This document shows, in pieces, positions 56,217 through 64,000 of a DNA stretch of 64,000 nt. The position numbers were made by a program, and so were the translations under genes. Positions within the stretch are counted from its first letter, which is position 1; every line of letters begins with the position of its first letter. The DNA is taken from IMG/VR virus record IMGVR_UViG_3300020463_000008, positions 32,001 to 96,000 of that record; one strand, given 5' to 3'. The DNA comes from a virus. The notes beneath the pieces are model-generated. The model was not told the DNA's origin, did not search any database, and saw only the letters and a program-made list of their open reading frames with translations.

Positions 56217-56873
56217 TTATTTAATTTTGTTTAAAAACTTCGCAAATGCGAAAAGTTTTGCTTCTTCGAGTTGAGATCTTGTTGCTCCAGTTATTGAACT
56301 TTTAATAGCTTCAATATCTTGCTCGACAAACTTCCCATCAACGAACATCCATTCCTTGCCTTCCATAACACCTCGCACAAATGCGTCTGGTGCCGACGGA
56401 TCTGCAACTATATCAGCAGCAGTGGCAAGCATAAAATCCTTTTGGACTTCCGATGTTCCGTCTTTGGTAGTTTTCAATGAACCCATCCCTCTAGAAGATA
56501 CACCCAGACTTGCTCCTTCGTCAATTAACGATTTTACAATCTTACCATAAGGTGTATCCATTATCTTAGCTTTTCCGACAAAGTCATTGCCTTCGAGCTT
56601 CAAATCTTTTATCATGTGCGATACTCTATCTAAATTGATAGTTGGAGAATCAGGATGTCCTAACTCGCCATACGCACGATTCTTCTTGACATTTTCTTTC
56701 ATGTATCTTTTTACTTCTTTGTCAAGAATTTCTTTGGGGTAGCTTCTTCCATTTCTGTTTTTAATTTCAGCTTGGAGGAATACTCCCTCAATGTTGTAAT
56801 TCTTCTTACCAGTTTCTTTATCTTCTTCGATAAGGTAGTTTACAACTTCTGTATGTTCTTTAATTAATTTCAT
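56217..56873 (-). CDS. 21: Prohead protease (gp21)
   Basis: IEGVFLQAE.KNRNGR.Y, GELGHP, GVSSRGMGSL, DIVADPSAPDA. Confidence 0.97.
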   Translation of the reverse strand: MKLIKEHTEVVNYLIEEDKETGKKNYNIEGVFLQAEIKNRNGRSYPKEILDKEVKRYMKENVKKNRAYGELGHPDSPTINLDRVSHMIKDLKLEGNDFVGKAKIMDTPYGKIVKSLIDEGASLGVSSRGMGSLKTTKDGTSEVQKDFMLATAADIVADPSAPDAFVRGVMEGKEWMFVDGKFVEQDIEAIKSSITGATRSQLEEAKLFAFAKFLNKIK

Positions 56874-56874
56874 A

Positions 56875-57282
56875 TTAGCTTCCTACTGCGGTCTCATTAT
56901 CGTAAGCACCGAATTGTGGAGTTTCTACTGGGTCATTAAAGCCACCCATTTTGCTTAGATGAAGTATAACCATTCCTTTGCCACTAAATGTGACAACAAT
57001 ATCTTGGTTGCCTTGATCTTGTAAAGAAGTTTCTACCTTTGTAGCTCCAGGTGCAACATGTGCAACTAAAACTGAATTTCGTACCACAGTAATATCCTGT
57101 GCAGCTTGACAGCTGTGTTCTATTTTTGAAATGGCAACTTTCAATGCACTAGTAGTAATCGTTTCATTAGTTAATTTTAAGTCAGCATCAATATCGATAG
57201 TACCATTACCAGCCGATGTTGCTGTGACTCTGACGATAGCTTTTCGATTATCTTTGGCTAGTACTGTTTTTACAATTGCCAT
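56875..57282 (-). CDS. Head-module hypothetical protein
   Basis: Between the gp67-like gene and gp21; AAGGAG RBS, CTAAATA at 57369-57375. Confidence 0.65.
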   Translation of the reverse strand: MAIVKTVLAKDNRKAIVRVTATSAGNGTIDIDADLKLTNETITTSALKVAISKIEHSCQAAQDITVVRNSVLVAHVAPGATKVETSLQDQGNQDIVVTFSGKGMVILHLSKMGGFNDPVETPQFGAYDNETAVGS

Positions 57283-57705
57283 TTAGTACACTCCTTTTAA
57301 AACTTCTATAAAGTTATTTTTATTCTCAGACATATATGATACTATATCACTGTTGTCTTTCAATAAACTATTTAGTAAAATTTGGTTTTTCTCACTGATA
57401 GCAACCTTTGAGCCATCTTTTAATACATAATCTATCTTATCTCGTAAATTCCTAATGCTTCTAATCTTAATCTCAGTTAGTATTGGATCAACATTAAAGT
57501 CAGTATTTGCAGCTTTATTCATATATTCTTCAACTAGTTTATCTGTTATTTCAACATCACTATGTTTAGCAATATACTCAGCCACTCTTTCTTCAGGTAA
57601 AGCAACATTAATATTATCTACTAATCGTTGCTCTCTTTCTTCAGCCAAAGTGTCGCTATCCTTTTTAAAAGGAGCGACAATATCTTTAAACTTTTTCTGT
57701 GGCAT
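57283..57705 (-). CDS. Head-module hypothetical protein
   Basis: Likely start MPQKKFKDIV; YVLKDGSKVAI. Confidence 0.6.
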   Translation of the reverse strand: MPQKKFKDIVAPFKKDSDTLAEEREQRLVDNINVALPEERVAEYIAKHSDVEITDKLVEEYMNKAANTDFNVDPILTEIKIRSIRNLRDKIDYVLKDGSKVAISEKNQILLNSLLKDNSDIVSYMSENKNNFIEVLKGVY

Positions 57706-57949
57706 CAGCTGGTTCCTCAACCTCTGGTTGTTCAGCTGGTACTTCGTTTTCTGCCTTTGCTTCGACTTCTGGCTCACCAGCTATCTCTTCTTGTTCTTCA
57801 GGAGACTTAAATACATTAGACGCAAGGTCTTTCTTCATCGCATCTAATTTATCTCCAACCTTTGTAGACATTACACCTTGGAAAGTGTTTTCTATTGCTT
57901 CAGCATTTCCATCAGCAATAGCATCTATTAATTCTTTAGTTCCACTCAT
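57686..57949 (-). CDS. Prohead core protein (gp67-like)
   Basis: Small acidic protein immediately after the portal: LIDAIADG..F..VMSTKV.DKLD. Confidence 0.7.
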   Translation of the reverse strand: MSGTKELIDAIADGNAEAIENTFQGVMSTKVGDKLDAMKKDLASNVFKSPEEQEEIAGEPEVEAKAENEVPAEQPEVEEPADATEKV

Positions 57950-59499
57950 TCTTCTTCTCCTTCATTATCTTGTGTATCGTTATCAGGCTCATCTGTAGAT
58001 TGCATACTGTCCATGTCAGGAACTTCTCCCTCACCACTATCAGCTTCAGCTTCAGCCTTTTCTGCATCCATCTGATCGTCGATTTCTTTAATCTCTTCTT
58101 CAGATTGCATTAGTATATTTTTCCTTGCCCATTCAAGTGAATAGAATTTACCAAGATATGGTTCTACCTGTCCTAGCATTCCTACTCGTTGTTGTAGCAA
58201 TTCATTATTCTTTAATTCAGTAAAGTGATTATCTTCTAAGAAGTCAACTCGGATATCAACTTTCATTTCATTGAAGTCTTCGTCCGACATTATACCTTTA
58301 CTAATTAATTGAACCCTAAGAATGTCAACCATAAATGAGCTGAACTTTCTTTGGACTCTTTGTATAAACTTGTTAAACTTTAATTCGTCTCTAGTAATTT
58401 CAGAAGCACGACCCAAAGTAAATCCAGTCTCGCCTTGTAATCTTGACATCGGCACATTTAGAGATTGGTAAAGTTTTCTTTGGAAGTATTGTATGTCAGC
58501 AATATCTCCTAAGTTCTGCCCTCCAGGAAGTGTAGTAATTTCAGTACCACGACCACCCTCTCTTCTAGGCATCCAAAAGTCTTCCATCATGCTAAGGTGT
58601 TTTCTATCATCTCTGACTTCACCTGTGGTAGCATCGTAAACAACTTTGTTTCGATACTTGTTCATGATGTCGTTGACATATTGTTCTGCTTTTATCTTAG
58701 GCAGGTTTCCTACATCAACATAAAAAATTCTTCGTTCAGGTGCTCTACTTAATCTGTAGATAACAACTGCGTCTTCAATCATCTTTAACTGGTTGACAGG
58801 CTTAACAGCTTTCTGTAAGTGTCCTAAGACTATCCCAGTATTTTGGTCTACATTGCCCGAAGGACAAAAGACCACAGAATCTCGACTTAACTTAATTCCT
58901 TTTGTATTAGAGTCAGTAATACCTTTGTCATTGTATATAAAGTATTCTTCTTGACTCTCTACAACTTCAATGCCTTGAGCATTCTTTTTCTTCTTAACAT
59001 TTTTAATCTTACGAATCTTTTGTGGGTCTACATATCTTAGTTCTTGTATTCCCTCTGTAGGATTCTTAGGATCCAATATTAAATGATAGTACAATCTTCC
59101 ATCGACATACCAAGTTTTAAAAATGTCATGTCCTTTATAATCAAACTCCAACATATCATAGATAGAAGAAAACTCTTCATGAATTTTCTCTTTAATACTA
59201 TCTGATACAGGTAAGTCGTCAAGAACTAATCTGACACTGGGTGCGTCGTCTTGAATTGTGACTGCTTCATTAGTTATATCTTCTATCGCACCATCACAAT
59301 CAGGATATTGAGCAACTTCACGATATCTTTTAATTAAAGCATTTTCACTTTTTATTGAATTATCTAGGTCAAGAGTGACACCATAGTATGCACTTACATC
59401 TGTAAGAACTGTAGACCCATCATCTCGTGATGGGGCGACAGGTGTTAGTGGTTCTCTATTCCTCTTTCGTGTAATTTCGAAACCGAAAAATTCAGCCAT
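57946..59499 (-). CDS. 20: Portal protein (gp20)
   Basis: WYVDGR, NQLKMIEDAVVIYRLSRAPERRIFYVDVGNLPK, EDFWMPRREGGRGTEITTLPGG. Confidence 0.98.
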   Translation of the reverse strand: MAEFFGFEITRKRNREPLTPVAPSRDDGSTVLTDVSAYYGVTLDLDNSIKSENALIKRYREVAQYPDCDGAIEDITNEAVTIQDDAPSVRLVLDDLPVSDSIKEKIHEEFSSIYDMLEFDYKGHDIFKTWYVDGRLYYHLILDPKNPTEGIQELRYVDPQKIRKIKNVKKKKNAQGIEVVESQEEYFIYNDKGITDSNTKGIKLSRDSVVFCPSGNVDQNTGIVLGHLQKAVKPVNQLKMIEDAVVIYRLSRAPERRIFYVDVGNLPKIKAEQYVNDIMNKYRNKVVYDATTGEVRDDRKHLSMMEDFWMPRREGGRGTEITTLPGGQNLGDIADIQYFQRKLYQSLNVPMSRLQGETGFTLGRASEITRDELKFNKFIQRVQRKFSSFMVDILRVQLISKGIMSDEDFNEMKVDIRVDFLEDNHFTELKNNELLQQRVGMLGQVEPYLGKFYSLEWARKNILMQSEEEIKEIDDQMDAEKAEAEADSGEGEVPDMDSMQSTDEPDNDTQDNEGEEE

Positions 59500-59522
59500 A
59501 ATTTATTCACCTTTATTAATAA

Positions 59523-60116
59523 TTAAATGTTGATAGGGAATGAGCCAATCGGAGTATCGATTGAAATGTTCACTCCTAATCCACCACTTTCGCTGGTATT
59601 ACTTGTAAAGAAGTTGTATTGGAATTCAACATCAAATGTCTCAATAGCATTTGTTGTATCGTAGTCCAACTGAACTATACCAATAGATAATGGGAAAGAG
59701 TCAACAAATTTATATTGTTTTACTCCAGCACCATTTCTATCTAGTTGTGTTACAAGTAGGTCAGCTTGGTAATCATTCGGATTAGTACGACCTGATGTAG
59801 TCGCATATTCCTGAATACCATTTTGCCATCTTTCGATTGCGTTTCTAATACCGAAGTCTGTGTCGTTATAAACAGTGACTGTCCATGGAGCAAATGTTCT
59901 CTCCGCAGCAAAGTTTACAGCACGACCTCTATATTGGATCGGCAAATTTTCTAGTGTACTAGCAGGTAATTGTGCAGCCTTACATAAGAACTGTCCTTGT
60001 ACAGCAGCAACTCTTCCACCAGTGACATAAGAAGGGAAAGCCAAATCGACACGAAACTGATTAGGACGAGCTCCGCCACCAGTCATATTCGCTTTAAAAT
60101 CAGCAATATTAGCCAT
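59523..60116 (-). CDS. 19: Tail tube protein (gp19)
   Basis: GGGARPNQFRV, CKAAQLPAS, WTVTVYND, QLDRNG, IETFDVEFQY. Confidence 0.95.
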   Translation of the reverse strand: MANIADFKANMTGGGARPNQFRVDLAFPSYVTGGRVAAVQGQFLCKAAQLPASTLENLPIQYRGRAVNFAAERTFAPWTVTVYNDTDFGIRNAIERWQNGIQEYATTSGRTNPNDYQADLLVTQLDRNGAGVKQYKFVDSFPLSIGIVQLDYDTTNAIETFDVEFQYNFFTSNTSESGGLGVNISIDTPIGSFPINI

Positions 60117-60141
60117 TAGTTATTCTCCTTGTTAGTTATAT

Positions 60142-61827
60142 TTAGCCACCTATTTCACTGAAGTCTACACTTGATTTACTTGCTACAAATGTAAGAGTAA
60201 TGAAATTAATCGCTCTGTTTGGTTTAATGAAGATATCTGCACGGAATTCGTTTCTATCAATCACATCTCCTGTGTTGTTAGTAGTATCACATACAACAGT
60301 AAAGTCTGTGATTCCTCGTCTTCCTTGTACATCTCTTAAGAAAGGATTTACTGCATTCTTAAAGTCATTTCTAGTGAACTCATCGTTGAATTCAAATAGT
60401 TGTGCTTTTGCAGAAATCGCAATTGCTTTTTCTAGTACGATAAATAATCTTCGAACATTTATTCTATTAAATGCAGATTCGCTAGATAGTAGAGTTTTAT
60501 CTCCAAATAATTGTGTACCTGCTCCTGGGAAGGTCACAACAGGGTTTATGCCAGATTGGTATAAAGTATCCCTTTGAGTTTTATTAGGAGAGAATGCTAA
60601 TTTAACAACATTCTTAATTTGTCCTCTAGAAGCACCAGCAGGTGAGAACCAAGCATCTTGGTCATAGTCAGTTCTTGCAGCAAGACCAGCTATGTCACCA
60701 TTTAAAGGTACATATCTATATTTATCGTTGTATCTGTCGTAGCAGTATTTGGATCCAGTATCAAGTACACCATAAGATGAACTTGGTAGTGAGTTTCTAT
60801 AAGTTGTAAGGTCACCAACTGGGTCAGCATCAGTTGCTAGGATAGTATTTCCTGAAGCATCTTCAGCAGAACAGAATACCATACAATCTTTTCTTACTTC
60901 AGCAATATTATTAATTGCAGCAGTAGAAGTTGCAGCATCAGCTTTACCCATCATTATGAGTGAAACATCATACAACTCGTCATTAGCAAATATTGCTAGA
61001 GCAGTTTGTAGGTTTCCTGCAGTTGGAGCAGTATCAACACCACCTGTTAGTGATGGAGCATAAGCACTTGCAAGATCTTTATATGCAGCTCCTGCAGTTG
61101 AGGGAGTACCCCATTCAGCAGTTGAGCCAGTAGTGGTAGGATGATCCATCCACCATACATATCTAGATTGTGAGTTTATAACATCTTTATAGAAGTTATT
61201 AGATCCGTCGAATTTTTTTGCGTCGGAAGCAACTGATAGATGTGAGAAAGATTCTAGTACTGTGCCAGCTTGACCAGTAAACAATCCATCCTCGTCTATT
61301 ACTAGTACATGGATTTCGTCATCTGATGCACCATTAGCTGCAGCAGAAGCAGAAGTTCCAGGAATTCTATCGAAGTTCCCTTTATTACTCCAAGCAGCAA
61401 AAGTTGCTGAGTCAGCAATTTCTACTTTGAGTGAGTTTCCGATACTTCCTGCCCACTTAGCAGCAACTGTACCGACATTGTTTGAACCACCCACAAAAGT
61501 TGATGTGTAGTTGTCCAAGTTTTTAATCTTGACAGCTGTACCAGTAGCGACTGCATTTTTAGCAGCAGTTGTATCGGCACGAACCACAAGAAGATTATTT
61601 GAATATGACAGGAAGTTAGCTGCAGTGAAAAAACTTGCGAAAGTACCATCATTCGGTTTACCGAATCGGGACACCAAGTCATTTTCAGAAACAATTTGTA
61701 CAGGGTCTTCTATTGGACCCCACTGAAAGTTCCCAGCAAAAGCACCAGATGATGTTGCCACATTAGGTACGATTGAGGTAAAATCTTGTTCTTTGACAAC
61801 TACTCCAGGACTGAGTTGAAAAGCCAT
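60142..61827 (-). CDS. 18: Tail sheath protein (gp18)
   Basis: QLSPGVVVKEQD, FQWGP, WFSPAG..RG, GDKT, RINVRRLF, IKPNRAINFI. Confidence 0.97.
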   Translation of the reverse strand: MAFQLSPGVVVKEQDFTSIVPNVATSSGAFAGNFQWGPIEDPVQIVSENDLVSRFGKPNDGTFASFFTAANFLSYSNNLLVVRADTTAAKNAVATGTAVKIKNLDNYTSTFVGGSNNVGTVAAKWAGSIGNSLKVEIADSATFAAWSNKGNFDRIPGTSASAAANGASDDEIHVLVIDEDGLFTGQAGTVLESFSHLSVASDAKKFDGSNNFYKDVINSQSRYVWWMDHPTTTGSTAEWGTPSTAGAAYKDLASAYAPSLTGGVDTAPTAGNLQTALAIFANDELYDVSLIMMGKADAATSTAAINNIAEVRKDCMVFCSAEDASGNTILATDADPVGDLTTYRNSLPSSSYGVLDTGSKYCYDRYNDKYRYVPLNGDIAGLAARTDYDQDAWFSPAGASRGQIKNVVKLAFSPNKTQRDTLYQSGINPVVTFPGAGTQLFGDKTLLSSESAFNRINVRRLFIVLEKAIAISAKAQLFEFNDEFTRNDFKNAVNPFLRDVQGRRGITDFTVVCDTTNNTGDVIDRNEFRADIFIKPNRAINFITLTFVASKSSVDFSEIGG

Positions 61828-61899
61828 TTGTTTCTCCTTATTACATGAATTCGTTAATTCTAATTAGGAAGTAATCTTTCAATTCTTTCCCAATGTATT

Positions 61900-61906
61900 T
61901 ATTTAG
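61900..61906 (-). promoter_or_regulatory. Late promoter box CTAAATA upstream of gp18
   Basis: AACTAAATAAATA; the same box precedes gp19 (60139-60145). Confidence 0.65.
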
Positions 61907-61919
61907 TTAATATACGATT

Positions 61920-63509
61920 TTAGAAGTTTATTAGTTCTTCTTCATCGTCATATTTTTGCCCATCTTGAATAAACCCAAAAGGAGTAAGTTCCTCTTCGAT
62001 CTGCTTCATTTGGTTTTGATACATCTCTTCCCTTAAATTTACATCGTTCGATTCAGTAAAATATCGGTCTGAGGTAAGCCAACCAAACAATACAAGGCAC
62101 ATAACCAAGTCATCGTGATATCCGTCATCAGCTGCATAAGATCCTTTATGTTCAATAAAGGTACTAATTTCACCAATAATATCTCCATCATATACTTGTA
62201 ATTTGTTTTCTTCGATAAGAGTCTTAAAATTCATACATCCCTGTCTTTTAATTTTCTTATCAGTTTGAACACCGAACTGGCTTTTACCAGATCCAAAGCC
62301 ACCAGTAATCTTTTGACCTTGTTGTGTTCTAGATACCATAATCATATTTTCGTATTCTAATTCATTATATAATATGTATGGTACTTGCTCACTCGCATTT
62401 ATTTCTACTAATACTTGAGCATTATAATATTCTTTTCCAATCTTATCAATTACATTTGGATATAGTAAAGGACTTATTTGATTGTTTCTATACTTTGCTA
62501 CAACCTTATATGGTGTTTGAGTTGTATCAATTACTACAAAGGCACTAAAATCTCCACCCACACCTTTAGAAGTATCTGCTATTAAAGTATATGAATGTCC
62601 AGGAATTGGTTCTTCCTGAATATCTAAACCATCTCTTTGTAGTATAAATGGCTTTGGCTTCATATCTCCTATGGCAGTAGCACTTATTAATGTTGCACTA
62701 GATCCAAGGAACTCACATAATACTTCTTGATTAAATTTTAATTCGCCAAGTAATGCTCTTTGTTTGTCTGCCCAAGTTTTAGTTCTTCCTGGGATATCGC
62801 TGTATGGTATAAACAATGGAGCAAAATCATTTCGTCCTTCTTTTGCAGCTTCCCAATATCTCCAGAAATGATTATATCCTAGAGGTGTCGAGGACAGTAA
62901 TACTTTGGTATCTTTACCAGCAGAGATCGTAGGATAAACTGAAGTAAAAAATTCTTCTGCGACAGTATTAGGTATAATTGCAGCTTCATCAATGTATAGC
63001 CAGTTTACAGATTTACCACGAATCGCTGAACTAGAAGTTGCAGCAGTAAATATCTTTGAACCATTTTCTAATTCTATATCACCTTTGTTCCAAACAGCAA
63101 CTCCTTGTTGCATCCAGTTTGGTAGATACTCATACATTAATTGATATCTAGATAAAACTTCTCTTGCAGCAGTAGCTTTGTTTGCCATTATTGCAGCAGT
63201 TTTATTATCGTTAAATATAGTGAAGTGTAATATACATGCAGCACTTACGACTGTCTTACCTTGCTGTCTTCCTTCCATGAGAATCGTTTGCCGATTCTTC
63301 ATTATATGTTTTACTTTTTTTCTTTGACAAGGATATAATTTAAAATCTACTACACCATCATCTAAAGAAACAATCTTACAGTAGTTTTCAATAAAGTATA
63401 TTGGATTCTTCTTACACTTTATGTACTCCTGTATTTGCTCCTCAGTAAATTCTACTGGGACTCCAACAGCTTTTAAATTTTGATTTGCATTATAATAAGT
63501 CGTTGCCAT
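61920..63509 (-). CDS. 17: Terminase large subunit (gp17)
   Basis: RQQGKT, ELENGS, YIDEAA, SSTPLG.NHF, ADTSKGVGGDFS, HDDLVM. Confidence 0.97.
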   Translation of the reverse strand: MATTYYNANQNLKAVGVPVEFTEEQIQEYIKCKKNPIYFIENYCKIVSLDDGVVDFKLYPCQRKKVKHIMKNRQTILMEGRQQGKTVVSAACILHFTIFNDNKTAAIMANKATAAREVLSRYQLMYEYLPNWMQQGVAVWNKGDIELENGSKIFTAATSSSAIRGKSVNWLYIDEAAIIPNTVAEEFFTSVYPTISAGKDTKVLLSSTPLGYNHFWRYWEAAKEGRNDFAPLFIPYSDIPGRTKTWADKQRALLGELKFNQEVLCEFLGSSATLISATAIGDMKPKPFILQRDGLDIQEEPIPGHSYTLIADTSKGVGGDFSAFVVIDTTQTPYKVVAKYRNNQISPLLYPNVIDKIGKEYYNAQVLVEINASEQVPYILYNELEYENMIMVSRTQQGQKITGGFGSGKSQFGVQTDKKIKRQGCMNFKTLIEENKLQVYDGDIIGEISTFIEHKGSYAADDGYHDDLVMCLVLFGWLTSDRYFTESNDVNLREEMYQNQMKQIEEELTPFGFIQDGQKYDDEEELINF

Positions 63510-63531
63510 GTATCCTCCTTGCGGAGATTAA

Positions 63532-64000
63532 TTATACAACAGTAATAGTACCAAGCATATTAGATGGGTGTGCTGTACATCTGTATTGGTATGTATTTCC
63601 TGTAGACGCATTCATTGGTATAGTGAATGTAATAATGTCATTTGTTGTAGCAAGATTTCTAGTAGCATTAGTAGAACTGATGTAATCTGCAGCAGGTGCA
63701 GTACTAGTTCCGAAAGCCACTATCTCAAATGGGTGACCATTCGCAGCAATGGTATTCCTGAAACGATAAGTATGTCCTCTGTAGACATATAGTTGTGGGT
63801 CATTTTCACCAGCAGATAATAAACCTGAACCAGTGATTGTATAATTACTTCCATCTCCAGCAGTAATAGTGAATAGATTTAATGATACAGCAGTAATAGT
63901 TAATTGAGCAGCACTTGAATTAGAGAGCTCAATACCATTTCCCTGTGTTATAGTAATGTCATCATTTACTGAATTTGATCCAGCTAGTCGTAGTTCTTTT
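63532..64000 (-). CDS. Virion structural protein, C-terminal part (runs off the right edge), with cupredoxin-like end
   Basis: The frame is open to the window edge: NDPQLYVYRGHTYRF..GHPFEI..YQYRCTAHPSNMLGTITVV. Confidence 0.7.
   Translation of the reverse strand, partial: KELRLAGSNSVNDDITITQGNGIELSNSSAAQLTITAVSLNLFTITAGDGSNYTITGSGLLSAGENDPQLYVYRGHTYRFRNTIAANGHPFEIVAFGTSTAPAADYISSTNATRNLATTNDIITFTIPMNASTGNTYQYRCTAHPSNMLGTITVV

Noticed and set aside
1-64000. CRISPR array, integrase, rRNA or stop-codon reassignment
   Set aside because: I saw no spaced direct repeats and no recombinase or rRNA signature. Core genes translate full length with the standard code, using TAA, TAG and TGA stops.

Overview
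This 64-kb, AT-rich window is the core of a T4-like (Tevenvirinae/Kyanoviridae-style) myophage genome, probably aquatic. The host is not determinable here; the spanin-like and riboswitch features would fit a proteobacterium. Essentially all genes lie on the minus strand. From right to left it carries the terminase/tail/head module (gp17-18-19-20-21-22-23, gp3), uvsY/uvsW, gp55, gp47/46, a CobT/CobS-like VWA-AAA pair, tRNA-Arg(UCU), the replisome (gp45-44-62, regA, gp43, uvsX, gp41, gp61), a block of probable internal head proteins, a spanin-like lysis locus and nrdA. The most striking element is a tightly coupled six-gene cluster directly downstream of the gp41 helicase (20925-26510): TET/JBP dioxygenase, FkbM-type methyltransferase, aGPT-PPlase2/amino-acid:DNA-transferase homologue, myo-inositol-1-phosphate synthase, HAD phosphatase and P-loop kinase. 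I infer a DNA hypermodification pathway that may attach (methyl)inositol to an oxidised pyrimidine. Other points of interest are a glutamine-riboswitch-like RNA with a greatly enlarged P3, a ROSE-like thermometer before hsp20, three copies of a ~100-bp promoter cassette, a lone plus-strand promoter that may mark an origin, T4 capsid-targeting-like N-termini on two nucleotidyltransferase-type enzymes, and apparent avoidance of GTWAC/ACGT. All calls come from motif recognition by eye; no database searches or counts were run.
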